This document shows, one piece after another, positions 31,801-42,392 of a stretch of DNA of 64,000 bases (positions are counted from its first letter, which is position 1; every line of letters starts with the position of its first letter). The notes beneath the pieces are model-generated. The model ran no database searches. It saw only the letters and a list, made by a program, of their open reading frames with translations, and was not told the DNA's origin. The DNA is from Paramoeba atlantica (Eukaryota; Protista; Discosea): positions 59,753-123,752 of the forward strand of contig CDRNVI010000074.1 of the NCBI GenBank assembly GCA_977017575.1, read 5' to 3'. The position numbers and the translations under genes are program-made.

Positions 31801-34361
31801 TAAATTCTGTGCACTCGGAAGTTAATAGAACTCGGAAAGAGCTGATACCGTCCCTAGCTGCTGCATCAAACGAATCCTATGAAAGAAGCTATCCCCTACT
31901 TCTACAGTTACATTCTCTTGGTGATTTGGAATTCGTTGCTCACGAAATAAAGGAAGCCTCTTTAGGCAAAAGAGATGTAAGAAGTGATATTTTGATTAAT
32001 TATTTTGCTATTGGGAGAAACACCGTAGACCCGACACCCCCTTCTCTAGAAGTTGTGTCTTCGCTTCATCGCACTATATGTAACATGTTGGCGCGATACG
32101 AGGATGCTGCGGACACGTGGGCTGAGTATTCGCAAGTCCTAAGAAAATTCGATATGTGCCCATCCGCATTGGCTGCGATAATGCAGGCAGAATTTTCCTC
32201 ACTAAAAAACAAAGAACGATTTTCTCTATTGCACGCCAAAATACTATTTCACCAAGGTGAGCAGCTGAGAGCCCTTTCCCTCCTAGAAAATACAACAAGG
32301 AAGCATTCACCGGACCCAAACGTCTCATCTGAATTAAAATCTAAGTGGATGTTAAAAACTCTTCAATGGAACATTTTGACTAATCAAAAGACACCTTCTG
32401 AAATTCAATCTCTTTTCGACAACTTGATCGAACATAGCGCCACTGAGAAGTCATACGCCGAATTGGGAGACTTTCTTGAGAATATATACGCGAATGCACG
32501 CGCACAGCTTGAAGCCAAGCACAGTGTTTCTGGAGCATCAATAGAGGAAGTTGAAAAGAGTCATCTTCTCCTCATAGAAAAATTTCTACCTCGGATTTTA
32601 TCTGTATACGGTCAGGCTCTCGGCTGTGGACATTCCACAGTGTATCGCACACTGCCAAAATTTTTGTCAAGGTGGCTAGATGCGACGTCATTACTAGACA
32701 TGCACGTTTCCCGCCTTGGAACGAACCAAAAGAGGAACGCTGCCTTAGCTGAGAAAATCTTGCTCGTGTTACATAAAGAAGTAGACGCTATCATAGCCAG
32801 CGTCCCGCCCTACGTCTTTATGACTGCCATTTCGCAACTTGTTTCGCGAGTTGGTCATCGAAATGCGGACTCTGTGCTTCGAATAAAACAAATTTTAATG
32901 CATTGCTTGATGGCATATCCGAGACCCTCCTTGTGGTATATTTATTTTGTCACGAACTCTACCAATGGCTCCGAGGGACTTAAGCGCGCGAAAGTTGTGC
33001 GAGAGGTCCTTGATGAAGTATCCAGAAAAAGTATTGCTTTGAAGGGACTTATAGGAAAAATGGGTGAACTTGTGCGAGGGCTCATATCAATAGCTTCACA
33101 GCCTATTTCCGGTCGCGCTGAGCGGACGGTTCCGCTTCGGAAGATATCAGGCTTCAATGTAAAATTCCCAACTGAGGTACTCCTTCCCACACAAGAAATG
33201 TTGAGTATAAGATTACCAACAACTATTACTGACTTTGGCACTCCGTCTAGAAATTCATATTCTTCATATGACCGGAAACAGCAGGTACAAGAAAACATTA
33301 CCTGCATAGAATGTTTTCCGCAGGAAGTGACGATACAAGGAATATGCGAAGATATTCAAGTAATAATGTCTCTACAAAAGCCGAAGCGAATTGCTTTGAA
33401 GGGGAGCAATGGGTATACATATCATTTTCTATGTAAGGCTCGAGATGAAACCCGAAAAGATTCTAGAATGATGGAGTACAGCAGCATGATAAATAGGTTG
33501 ACAAAAAAGAATGCTCAATTACGTCGCCGACGAATTCACGTACGTACGTTCGCAGTTTTACCTGTGAGCGACGATTGTGGTATTATAGAGTGGGTGAATA
33601 AGCTTGTTACCCTCCGTGCTGCTGCGGATGCCATGTATCAAAGAGAGGGGTTAGGACTCTCGACAAACCAGTTAAAGGCTCTTAAAGATAGAGCGGAATC
33701 TGCATCCCGTTCCGTGTATCGATTATACACGGAGGACGTTCTACCAAACTTTCCGCCCTTATTACACAAGTGGTTTATGCTGACTTTTTTGGACCCTGGT
33801 CACTGGTTCTCTGCTCGACTTGCGTTTACACGATGCGCAGCCACGTTTTCGATGGTTGGTCATATTGTGGGACTGGGCGACCGACATGGTGAGAATTTGA
33901 TGCTTGATCAGGTAACAGGGGAATGTTTGCATGTTGACTTTGCATGCCTGTTCGACAAAGGTGAGACGCTGGAGGTGCCGGAGAGAGTGCGATTTCGACT
34001 CACTCCCAATATGGTAGACGCGATGGGAATCACAGGTGTCGAGGGCGTGTTTAGGAGATCATGTGAACTCACATTGCGGTTGCAGCAGGACAATCGAGAT
34101 ACTCTTATGGGCATCCTGGAGTCCTTCATACACGACCCTCTTGTAGAGTGGTCTCGAGCAGTGAAACATTCACACGATCGAATGGATTCACGTCATATGT
34201 TGCGTCGTGTCGACAGAAGGTTTATGGGCTATCCAGATCTGTATGGTGAAGCATGTACTCACTCACTCAATGTTGAAGGGGTCGTTCAAAAGTTGATAGG
34301 AAGTTCATGCAATGTTGATAATCTCTCCAAAATGTATTTTTGGTGGATGCCATGGCTATAG
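25809..34361 (+). CDS. ATR: ATR/Mec1-type PI3K-like kinase (2850 aa, intron-less)
   Basis: FAT region, SLQKPKRI, FLCKARDETRKDSRMME, HIVGLGDRHGENLM..HVDFACLF, FIHDPLVEW, FATC MYFWWMPWL. Confidence 0.9.
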   Translation: MSKSHTPAPRAALPNDFPKLWADDSVKNISEKSHAPKLVPGAANIPAHNSSLKSRKETSSMAQPRNVFSTTNVNHPCQPIVSFKHPYPTSEGKKDTASTYESRKTIARKATYENTGSALSAAPVIHNPSRNTRLISTTGRDSFNSDMQETVGSIDKKRNRASDIYSKSPQEDELDPVVPLVPRVGALSPDQNIVAKQMYPTTENNASQISKQDKDYQHTSRPSKDVIAKPVSRNASIYIGERSRNKEHLPDFLFSVMKTIEQWNERLAKPTKIPVVSREEIIDMLRNVRPAWGSECCSKTPQHAYIVLRLLRSLLTAPHTGILFVRLGSTEIYHLLEALLSLPQSFLNQRRYQETLVSVVVEILLRTNERSLEITSTFFRKYIPNYLEGVYQQAYLDAQIRRTSLLCLRNERFVEERKSRFELIKNIVEESIERGILILCPAEMISILLKLLQTESAAASIIDCCLQKHVICVSHFLEIVQATLSSIRCAISETSFSSSISIERDTADHDSVKSCIQEPGAEIKRTPAESNNIFYSDFIKANVQLLVSLFEKTRTSIFQHRSSESVSDSTNRQSACLLDFLEWIHTHEGYWSVLFSESILAYTAPLLEEIFMLVLPSGHGNCETFSLLSGAKFDNSPRNNFFFCRVLLTSLVHMPSVEVVWRTSKSLFDCYLHCFFHAHQWCYMRSLTDDEEMRATIRTILQRGESWKNSELSNDESCIPVLLGSFATYASICMQSEPENFPEDSTVPLNHIMKHLQMFITHSDGYRLFDAAWYFCEILLAREKPFYGKSPHKRIRSGENASTCSNFALDMINFLLSLCEIEKSTADENNWMVIQGIRVSTCITLKQKKDVSRILNFCFEHPRRNIRFLVSALRHKLLSTDAFTKWYKIQVVDVKVDFLQSLVQCVGCPTCSINFFTTDGSKAAEDAQLNTCRKATEYSSISMSYGESEEHDCNLARFFISIASEIEYEDLTIIECFLNFAKRLYRKWGSKFWSSYASVFPFLKHADKKIRDAAVSCIMCMESHDIDFENVLEDIFSVAGQCEERSFLFPLLVKCAAGQSRRSTSSVIDYFIRLAARTCGVPRFKSFEALRSIAEQHKSSIFHLCMRSPQGLLSLLRDSWKDKQSTDVEYVLETVLEKDLPELLAESAHALIPILISQRDVELLDYFCKRINIPVSEICEKEFAAIAAALLVSEFSDYAKNASMLAFFVEDILKGRTGSHYFERNEKQITQKILMSSSEIHDQELKTTLRTTTLSIAKLLKLKTCDMNIKRLESRWNPIGDTETVSLSIREFVASHIFGLLDIVCGRLQVGKENTEVLREGHSTYDLRSGINALRILIHILGERIVIVAQKIRLLNPSEFLESFYPELVVFWRDFMRTLPESYMKIHWRELLVETFEFAGARTCLEDAPYRKNLLEILQSILSERNADILRETEDFFPEYDAFRKTNLHEKKSSPESLDPVSLQRRFRFCTEALKSDSLKCRFLYIKKMRLFLSMHIGAIRKISPSKLEGFQRELLVAVRDHTSIAQHAAACLGYIGAIAPSLLSPHLGEEKATIIENLLSWKVFAAYTIEHFLICSLHTVSDTKMHDRAAFAIQTLIRTCCEDRKILLKDLHEGKSAWWNTLPTHVKEVIQGFVHTSYEVKVMLIRDRKVPEYTRDMSYSNWVRLWYTNISSRAENLQAGVFQALRNVAKRDVKLSAFAIPYVVHCLLLLGTDEDRSGIATEILAILENSRIAAEHTQFVFSLLDGLDKWCDQQRGYIRAESRRSKGPEDSATTNTTNVHLRRVSDFRKCIPMKLCIKAAYTVGAFARSLRYAELHTRNEVSKPLALDNTSLFPIFGSGVCAPEDLVLLQSIYAELSEPDSASGVTVLKELIYEKDNILDNETQGLWNESLRNSELCLQQDPTNPEYQLSVLKSLKNLGQLQIMRSLAESFSRSSHDSRNNTLIKDYSVQGAWRLSQWECIPIDNSAHTYDIGVGKVLSSMHLSLRSQQTQEKQCFLNSVHSEVNRTRKELIPSLAAASNESYERSYPLLLQLHSLGDLEFVAHEIKEASLGKRDVRSDILINYFAIGRNTVDPTPPSLEVVSSLHRTICNMLARYEDAADTWAEYSQVLRKFDMCPSALAAIMQAEFSSLKNKERFSLLHAKILFHQGEQLRALSLLENTTRKHSPDPNVSSELKSKWMLKTLQWNILTNQKTPSEIQSLFDNLIEHSATEKSYAELGDFLENIYANARAQLEAKHSVSGASIEEVEKSHLLLIEKFLPRILSVYGQALGCGHSTVYRTLPKFLSRWLDATSLLDMHVSRLGTNQKRNAALAEKILLVLHKEVDAIIASVPPYVFMTAISQLVSRVGHRNADSVLRIKQILMHCLMAYPRPSLWYIYFVTNSTNGSEGLKRAKVVREVLDEVSRKSIALKGLIGKMGELVRGLISIASQPISGRAERTVPLRKISGFNVKFPTEVLLPTQEMLSIRLPTTITDFGTPSRNSYSSYDRKQQVQENITCIECFPQEVTIQGICEDIQVIMSLQKPKRIALKGSNGYTYHFLCKARDETRKDSRMMEYSSMINRLTKKNAQLRRRRIHVRTFAVLPVSDDCGIIEWVNKLVTLRAAADAMYQREGLGLSTNQLKALKDRAESASRSVYRLYTEDVLPNFPPLLHKWFMLTFLDPGHWFSARLAFTRCAATFSMVGHIVGLGDRHGENLMLDQVTGECLHVDFACLFDKGETLEVPERVRFRLTPNMVDAMGITGVEGVFRRSCELTLRLQQDNRDTLMGILESFIHDPLVEWSRAVKHSHDRMDSRHMLRRVDRRFMGYPDLYGEACTHSLNVEGVVQKLIGSSCNVDNLSKMYFWWMPWL

Positions 34362-34809
34362 TGGTAAAAATGCAGGTTGCGAATGGTGAACTATGGGTTT
34401 TCGAATAATGTATTGCCAATAATTTGTTATCATTGTGGTCTTAGAACCACCCTCCAAAGACATACTATAGATTCTTTAGATTCTATATCTTTAGATTCTA
34501 TAGCTTAGAACCGACCTCCAAAGATGAATCCCTCGGAAAGTTCGCGAATCGCTTGCGTGGACTTTGGCCCCCAAATAGTTTCCAGTTCTATCTAAAGCAA
34601 TTAAAAATATCTCTTATTCCCTCGAAAAATTAACATTAGGCAGTAAGGAAAGTAAGTGGAAAGATTTGGAGTATGATAGCTTGTGCATTGTACGGGTAGT
34701 ATAGTCCATGCCATGTATTATGCTATAGTATTTTATCATGGCATGATAACAACATGCCCTGATCGATTCTTTTAGTAGGCTCTACGACATTTTCTACGAT
34801 TTTCTTACA

Positions 34810-36264
34810 ATGTGCGATCATAGGCACACGTTTCGAAAGTTAGCGGGCTTAATTTTCTGGTTTAATTTTCTCGGTGCTCTTTCGGACATCAAAGCAGTTA
34901 GTGCGAATAGTCACTTTTACAAGACATTCGAGCGACTATCCCAACGACATACTGATTTATCTGCTTCAGCGATTCATGTCCAAGATAAAGGTGGAACGGT
35001 GTGGGAATATACATGCTCAACTGGATCCATACCAGAACATGAAAACATTGAACTCAGCATTGATCATGCACTCCGAGTTAATTCTATATCAGAGATATTA
35101 GTTTGTACTGTAGCTTGCCGCCTGCATGCTGAAGGACATCTTAATATAACTGGATCCCTCGATCCGAAATACGTTCCACGGAGATGCAACGAGCTAAGTG
35201 CAATATCCGCTCAACATCTGATGCAACACACATCGGGATTCATTGAACATGAGTCATTTGATCAAGCAGCATGGATAGGCAAGGCTAATCAGTCTGAATC
35301 ATTGCACGTGAATTTTTACGACTTTATGACCAGTTATTTATTCAAGTCATGGTGGAGCAAATCTTTGAAGAACGAGATCTGGAATCCAGATTATCGAGGA
35401 ATGTACCACCGCGCAAGAATAAACACTGCGCTATTAGCCTACTACCTGGATCAATTCATTCGTGAGAAATCCAAAACGTATAACTTCGGTATAACTGATC
35501 CTGGATTAAAAGGTTATGTACAGCACATCGTTCTTGATTCTATGGGGATGAAAGAAACATTTTTTGTAGCTCCTAGCGGAGAATTTGCGAAGGAATGGGC
35601 GTACACTACACGTAGAGTACGCGATGTAGCTTTTGACGGCACAGAAATATCTCCTGTACATCCTGCGATATTTGCAGAGGGTATGCTGTTTTCTTCAGTT
35701 CTAGACTTATCGCGACTGGTGAGGGGACTTTTCGTTGACGACACGTCGCATATTTTTACTGACGGCCTCCGGATGCGCCATCCCGTAGAAACATATAGTA
35801 CGCACGAAGCCTTCTCTGCCATTGGACAAAATGCTCAGGGACTAGGGATTGTATACTATTCCCCAAAGGAGCTGTGCAAGCTTGCTTATGAGCAAGATCT
35901 CATTGAACAGTGTCCATTCCTACCTGAGACAGTTATATGGGGTTATACAGCTTCGAGTAATATGACCTCCGCGAGCTTCCTGTGCACATACACTGATCTC
36001 CAAAACACTGTTTGCATTACAACTGCTGTGCTGTTCAAACCGCGCTTGGAACACCGAAGCGACGCTCTAGATTTCGGAATGGCTACCTCTGCTTTCGAGC
36101 AAATATTCGGGGAGTTAAATATCCATGAATGGAAGGAAATTAATGCTGAGCACACGATTATAGTACCCAGCATAGTACTCAGCGTGGGATGCATCCTCAT
36201 ATTTACTTTGCTAGCAGCGTACGGCACTGAACGTGTGATATCTAATGTCCAGCTTACAGGGTAG
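34810..36264 (+). CDS. Beta-lactamase/PBP-fold protein with N-terminal hydrophobic segment and C-terminal TM helix
   Basis: RVNSISE (SxxK position), HLMQHTSGF, AEGMLFSSVLDLSRL; hydrophobic termini. Confidence 0.7.
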   Translation: MCDHRHTFRKLAGLIFWFNFLGALSDIKAVSANSHFYKTFERLSQRHTDLSASAIHVQDKGGTVWEYTCSTGSIPEHENIELSIDHALRVNSISEILVCTVACRLHAEGHLNITGSLDPKYVPRRCNELSAISAQHLMQHTSGFIEHESFDQAAWIGKANQSESLHVNFYDFMTSYLFKSWWSKSLKNEIWNPDYRGMYHRARINTALLAYYLDQFIREKSKTYNFGITDPGLKGYVQHIVLDSMGMKETFFVAPSGEFAKEWAYTTRRVRDVAFDGTEISPVHPAIFAEGMLFSSVLDLSRLVRGLFVDDTSHIFTDGLRMRHPVETYSTHEAFSAIGQNAQGLGIVYYSPKELCKLAYEQDLIEQCPFLPETVIWGYTASSNMTSASFLCTYTDLQNTVCITTAVLFKPRLEHRSDALDFGMATSAFEQIFGELNIHEWKEINAEHTIIVPSIVLSVGCILIFTLLAAYGTERVISNVQLTG

Positions 36265-37861
36265 CATCAAACATCGTGCATGCGTCAGAAAAAGCACACA
36301 ACTATCACATTTAACAAGAAACGGAACGACTCTTAATATTGTTTTACTACAAAACGCTAAATCGGGCAGAATAAGAGCAAGAAAGTTGGGAATGTTTGCC
36401 CACAACTTGATTTTCGTGTTTTAACACCTGATGCGGGTGTACAGTCCAGCTCTTGGCCCCCCAGGCTCCAGAGCACACCGTGTGAGCTTTTGACCTAATT
36501 CCTTCGAAATTCAACAGATCTAGAAGAACTACACAGTTTTTCGCAAACAAAAGTCGCTCTCACTTCCTGAAGGAAACGTTTCTTTATCCTGCAGTTCTTT
36601 TTATTGTGCATGTGATTTTTGTCTCCACTACAAATCACCCCCTTTCAACAATTTCATCAAAAGAAACAGGCTCCGCGAAGCGGTGCCAATTTTGTTTTCG
36701 TTTTTTTCGTAAAAATAGAGTCATTTTCTCATCCTTAGCACTCCCCCCTTTAATACGGACAGTCCAAAAATCTGTCCGTATTGAAGGGTGTTCACAGTAC
36801 GCGCTATTTTTCTTTCATTTTTTCTATTTTTCAAAATAGAGCGCAGGGAAGTGCTAGAAAACCGAGTGCAAAAACAAGACGTATTGTTACGAAAGAGGTG
36901 GAAACGTGGGGCACAAGAGCACGGATGTGGTATGTCCCGCTAATAAGAAACAGCAGAAAACGGTAACATTCTAAAAATTATATGACCTCAATTGGAGGAT
37001 ATGTACTTACAGAGCTACATGTATTATAAAGGGGAGTATTGTAAAGGGGAGCTATTATAAAGGTAACTTTCATCTGCGGCGGTGCTAAAATTCGTAAAAA
37101 GTCTTCAGAGGACTTCCCGTGGCGTTTTGAGCGCGCGGTCCTACTCTGCACCAAGGAAGACGAAGGAAACCCACAGAAGATAAGAGAATGGATGAGGTCG
37201 CAAAGTTTGTTGTTGCAACGGATTGCTCGCCAGCGAAAACCTCAGTAATCAACGGATACAGCAGTTCTTTGGAGGCGCGTAATATAATTAAACGAATTTG
37301 AAATCTGAAGATGCTATATGGTTTTTCATTGGATCTCTGGTGGATCAAAATACCTGGAGATCAAACCTGGAGATCAAAATGCAGCAGATCCTCTGTCAAG
37401 GCAGTAACCCTTGGAGGACATTCGAAATATAAAAACATGTGAGATTTTGTAAACTGTATCTCCCTTATGGCATGGGAACATACAGGCGCATACAGAGGTG
37501 TAGATGCCGTTTTTCCTGTGGGAAACTGCCGCACATGTACTACTGGTATCTCCCTCGTCCACTTTAGCCTGGGTTTCGAGGATGATAATTTCCTATTTGA
37601 ATTTATGAATATGATACCACAAAAATTCAATTAAAATTATGAAAAAAAATTGCCTCTTCGCAGGATTCATTCTCTTCAAAAGCAACGCTAATAGGGTGGG
37701 GGCTACCGGGGCAACGGTAGGATAGGGGGGGTATTATACAAATTCCTTCCTATGGCTACAAATTCCTCTGTGGCCTGGGGGAAAACCAATATCTAGACTG
37801 TAATAAGTCAGCATTTCCTTAATTTTACGAATTGCTTTAAGACATCGTATTTATTTTTTGC

Positions 37862-38179
37862 ATGGTCGTTGCAGAGGGGGCTCTGTCATGTAAGGTACAG
37901 ACTTCATTATGCTTCACAGATGTACAGCTTTTAGGGTGTTCCCCAGTAGCCTTGTGGGAATGGTGCAATGAATACGAAGAATGCTGCATATGCAAGACTG
38001 AGATTTATGAGCTTTGTCCAATTTGTAAACCGAATATAGACTTCACCTCGCGCTGCGTGCCAGCGTGGGGAAAATGTAACCACGTTTTCCATGCGCATTG
38101 TATAAATCGTTGGTTATCCTCGAGTAACAGGTGCCCATTAGATCAAGGAATATGGGAATTGCTTCATCATGGAATTTAG
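37862..38179 (+). CDS. RBX1: RING-H2 protein, RBX1/ROC1-like
   Basis: VALWEW..CCICK..CPIC..CVPAWGKCNHVFHAHCINRWL..CPLD..WE. Confidence 0.75.
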   Translation: MVVAEGALSCKVQTSLCFTDVQLLGCSPVALWEWCNEYEECCICKTEIYELCPICKPNIDFTSRCVPAWGKCNHVFHAHCINRWLSSSNRCPLDQGIWELLHHGI

Positions 38180-39181
38180 AATAATAACAGACCGCTCAAT
38201 ACTCCCCCTGTCATTAATAATGATAATGATAATCCTCAAGATTGATATTTTTTTTGAGATTGTTGTTATCATTATCATTATTAATGACCTAGTGTAGCTT
38301 CTGTCTACCGCAGTCCAGCATTCCTTTCCGAGAGTGACCATCCATCCTGTGACGACTGAGATCGCGCTTGTGATCGAAGTTTTACCATTGCTTTGTTTTG
38401 TAGGGGGAGAAAAAACAATAAAACTATGCTTCAAGACGTATTATTAAGTTCAATTCTCTATCTTTGTAATGGAGCAATAATAAAGGCTTAACGACTCAAT
38501 TACACTTCTTAGAGTCAGCACAAACTGCGTACCATGCATAACTTGGGTTTATACATGATTGTATTGAAAGAACGAATTGTAGCCCGCTGATATGGAATTA
38601 AATCACATATTTTGGATCAAATTAAGAAATACTTAAGAATAGCAGAAAGCGTCAAATCCAATAGATAATTGATTGTCTAAATCTTCTGGAATGTTTTCAA
38701 AAGTTTCTTCGTCTTCGGAATCTTCTTTCTTGTCTTCCGCAAAATGAGAAAACAGTTCTCGGCGACGTGCCCATGCCTCGTGCGGGTTATTGACAGAAGG
38801 GGGGGCGACGAGCAGAATCTTCACGGAGTTAAACGTGACCCTCATGCGCCTTCAGGCCCGCATGATGGTTAAACGCCTTCTCCCTTGTTTTCTTGCTTGG
38901 GGGAGTAAACGAGTTTCCTGACCGGACGGCAGTCAGCACAGACCCACGTTTGCGCCCTCATAGATGGCTGGCCTGGATGCTGGTCGATGCCGACAGGGTC
39001 TATGCTCACGCCTAGCCCTCACGGGCTAGGTACTCCAAGTGAGGTAGGACATGGGTCGGGAACTAAAACTTCCTCCCCGTCGGCCAGCACCCTGTTTCGC
39101 GACCGTGCCGCTGTCGGCACAAGCCCGCGCCTGCGCCCTCCCATATAACAAGGGAAGGGTTCACAAGTCAGGCCGAGGAGT

Positions 39182-39806
39182 GGTCGAAAGACCCGGTCCG
39201 GAACGCGCGAATGAATTGGGCATAAATTGCTTCTTTTTATTATTATTGTTATCAAAATCATAAATAACTTAAGGCAGGTTGAATTACTAGTTTTGGGCTA
39301 CAACATGTGAAATTGCTAATTTGATTGCTTGTTTACAAATCATATACCCCCCCCAATGGACCTACTTGGTTCGTCTACTGGGTAAAAATATAGAGGCAAT
39401 GCCGCGTTTTATACTTCTCCACCCCTATTTATTGGAAAAAAAAAGTTTTAGTGGAGGTGAATTTGAGCAGGATATTGTCCAGGAACCAGTGTTCGGGTAT
39501 GTATGACGTGTGAGCGGGTTGGTGGCTGCGGGGCATGGAAGGGTATACCCCTTTCACTTTGTACTTTCTACATTATACAACATTATATTATCCGGATTTA
39601 TTGAAGGCCTATTTCATATTATTGTGGTACGTTTAAAAAAAACTTATTATTTGTGACGTATTCGTAACTACTACGAGTTCAACAGTGAACAAATAATTCA
39701 AAAAAAAAAAGGAGAGGTCGAAAGAAAAAGGAGAGGTCGAAAGACCCGGTCCGGAACGCGCGAATGGATTGGGTCTGGATTGCTTGTTTTTATTATTATT
39801 GTTATT
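39182..39806. repeat. Dispersed ~70-bp direct repeat at 39182-39252 and 39736-39806
   Basis: ggtcgaaagacccggtccggaacgcgcgaatg..ttattattattgttat occurs twice. Confidence 0.8.
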
Positions 39807-40136
39807 ACCGTGAAAGTACTTATTAGCAATAATAATAATTAACGGAATATTTTTTTGGGAAGGAAATATTCCGTTAATTATTATTCCAATGATTTTTACG
39901 AAATTCGTAAAAATTCGTTTACGTATGTTTACATGAGGGAAAAACAAGGCCAACCTTAAGAATGAGCGGAAAAAACCCAAGTAAACATGATATGAAAACA
40001 TACTCAACGTTCTTAAAGATATCAAAAAAAAACAGGGGAATCCTACGCGGGGTACGGCTCAGGCCCGCTCACGCGGGCCCTCGCCGTTTCGCGGCCGCGC
40101 GCACCCCCGCTCACGCGGGGGTCTCCGCGCGGCCAA

Positions 40137-40248
40137 AATGGGTACTAAAATTTGTTATCAAGGTAGTTGGGCTTCGCAAATTGCTTCCCACGAATGGGTA
40201 CTAGAATTTGTTATCAAGGTAGTTGGGCTTCGCAAATTGCTTCCCACG
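40137..40248. repeat. 56-bp tandem duplication containing a motif shared with the SL/5S array spacer
   Basis: aatgggtact..gggcttcgcaaattgcttcccacg twice. Confidence 0.9.
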
Positions 40249-40369
40249 TATCTAGAGAGAAGCACACGTACAATAATTGCACGATTTTTGCTTCCGTTTG
40301 TAAGTCAAGGACTTGCACAAGTCAAGGACTTTTGCACAAGTCAAGGACTTTTGTGGAACACCCAAGATT

Positions 40370-42345
40370 TTTTTTTGATTTTCATTTTCCATGCGCCAAG
40401 CAAGCCCGGTCCGTGAGCTAACGGACCCGCTCACCAGGTCCCTGTACACTAGAGATTTTCACTCCGGATAGTCCTCGCAAAGATCAGGATCTTGTTCCGA
40501 AAGAGATTTTCCTACTCAAGCTGTTTGTGGTGGGTTCCAGGTGGGGTTCTGTCGCATAGTATATAGCCTAAATGAAGCCTGAAGTGCAGTAAGGGCAAAG
40601 TTTTCACGCATTTTGCGAACGTGGTGTTTATGATCTTTTGGGAATACCCAGGAAAGATCGAGCGTACTATCGCTAAGTTTGCCCCGAGCTCCGACCTCAA
40701 ATGTTATGAGGCTCGTGCGTACGTTTGTTGCCTGTCGGTAGCGCAAAATCTCCTCGTACTTTGCGCGCTTTCGTTCGCGGGCTTGATCAAAATTTTCTTC
40801 CCACGGGGAGGTGAGTTCAATGATGTATTCTGAGCCATCTTCTAGGAGAATCCACCCATCTGGTCGTAGTGTGCTAAAGTTTGCTAGCCATGATGGTGGG
40901 TGCTCCTCGGAGGGGTTGCCAGGTAGATCAAAAGACATTGCTCGTATGTGACCACAACTTCGAAGCGTGTCTAGTAGGACCTTCAAAATCATATTGTGTC
41001 GGTATGTATAACGGCCTTGTAAGAGAGATGTTGTACAGCTGGTTAGGACATGTCGTAAGGTTTGCTTCCTTTCACGACAGATCGGACAGATGACGTGTCC
41101 ATCAGCCTTCCCCCATGCACGTGAGTTAGATAGGCTCGGCGGGGCGTAACTGGTCATGACCATCGAGGTAAACCGAGAGAGTTCTTTTCCATGTATATTG
41201 TGCAGAGCTCGCGCAAAATCCTCAGCTAACTCAGCATCTGTCTCCTCACTAAACCATTTAGCTGCGACGGGAGCGCGGCGACGATACTCAGCTATCAGCT
41301 CGTTTTCGGTGTATCGGCGGACCCAAGCTCTGGTGCTCTGTTTGTCATGAAGTCGGTCGGCTGCGAGGATAGCGGGTCTGTGGTGGTGTGCGGAGTCAAG
41401 AGTTTTCTCCCATTCCATGCGCCCTTCTAATACGTGTTGTGTGACTATATCCGAAGAAGACTGGAGAGTCGCAAGACAGGAGACGGTGCATTCGCGCCAG
41501 AGTTGGGTCATTGATGTTAGTCCCCATCCCCCATTTTTGATGTAGAGCTGGTCGGGCTGTGCGTATGCTGCAAGGTTGACCCATTTTCGCAGGAAGCGGC
41601 TGCACGTTTTCTGTAGTCTTTTGATGAGATTGAGTGTAAGCCCGTCATGTACAGTGAGAAGATAGCGCATTCTGGATAACACCGCATTTTCGTACATCCA
41701 CATACGTGCATGTATCGCGTGCTTGCTCTGGTCGATGCGGGTCATCATTGTACGTAACCTTTTCCGCATTTCATCAAAGACCACTCGGGGTGTGCTTCTT
41801 CCGGTTGACAATATCATACCCAAGAACTTCGTACCCTTGTGAGCTATATGCGGGATCTCCTCGCTACGAAGGACAAGCTTAGGAGAGAGCGTAGTGAATC
41901 CACGGTGTGTGCTTTGTCCCAAGCAGTAGACGCGACATTTTGAGGTGTTAGGCTTCATAAGTAGGGAAGAGAGCGCAGTTTCGAAGATTTCAGAGACTTC
42001 TTGTGCTTGCGTCGGAGTTTGCGTAAGGAAAGTCACGTCGTCGGCAAACGCTTTGCAGAAATGAGAGTCCTGGCCGTCATGGTACCCGAAAGTGGGGCGT
42101 GCCTTGCGAACGTAACGTATTATGGTTTCCATCACAAGGTTAAATAAAATTGGTGAAAGCGTGTCGCCCTGGAGTACTCCAATATGTACGTTGATTGGTT
42201 CTGTAAGTCCGGATTCCAGCTTGAGCTGTATTTCTGCATTCTCATAGAGCTTTCGGAGGTAATGGATAATAACTGGGTCGATATGAGCCCTTTTTAGTAC
42301 TGCGATAATTATTTCATGTGGGACGGAACCGAAGGCGTTTGCCAG
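40370..42345 (-). mobile_element. 5'-truncated R2-superfamily (HERO-like) non-LTR retrotransposon
   Basis: Frame open from LANAFGSVPH (42345) through GVLQGDTLSPILF, FADD, CPIC..TLRHVLTSC, QGRYTYRHN, LRPDG..IIELTSPWEE, RERKRAKY to stop at 40516; A-run near 40370. Confidence 0.85.
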
Positions 42346-42392
42346 GGGCCGAAGGCTCGGAATATTTCACCGATGCGTACGACCGCCCACTC

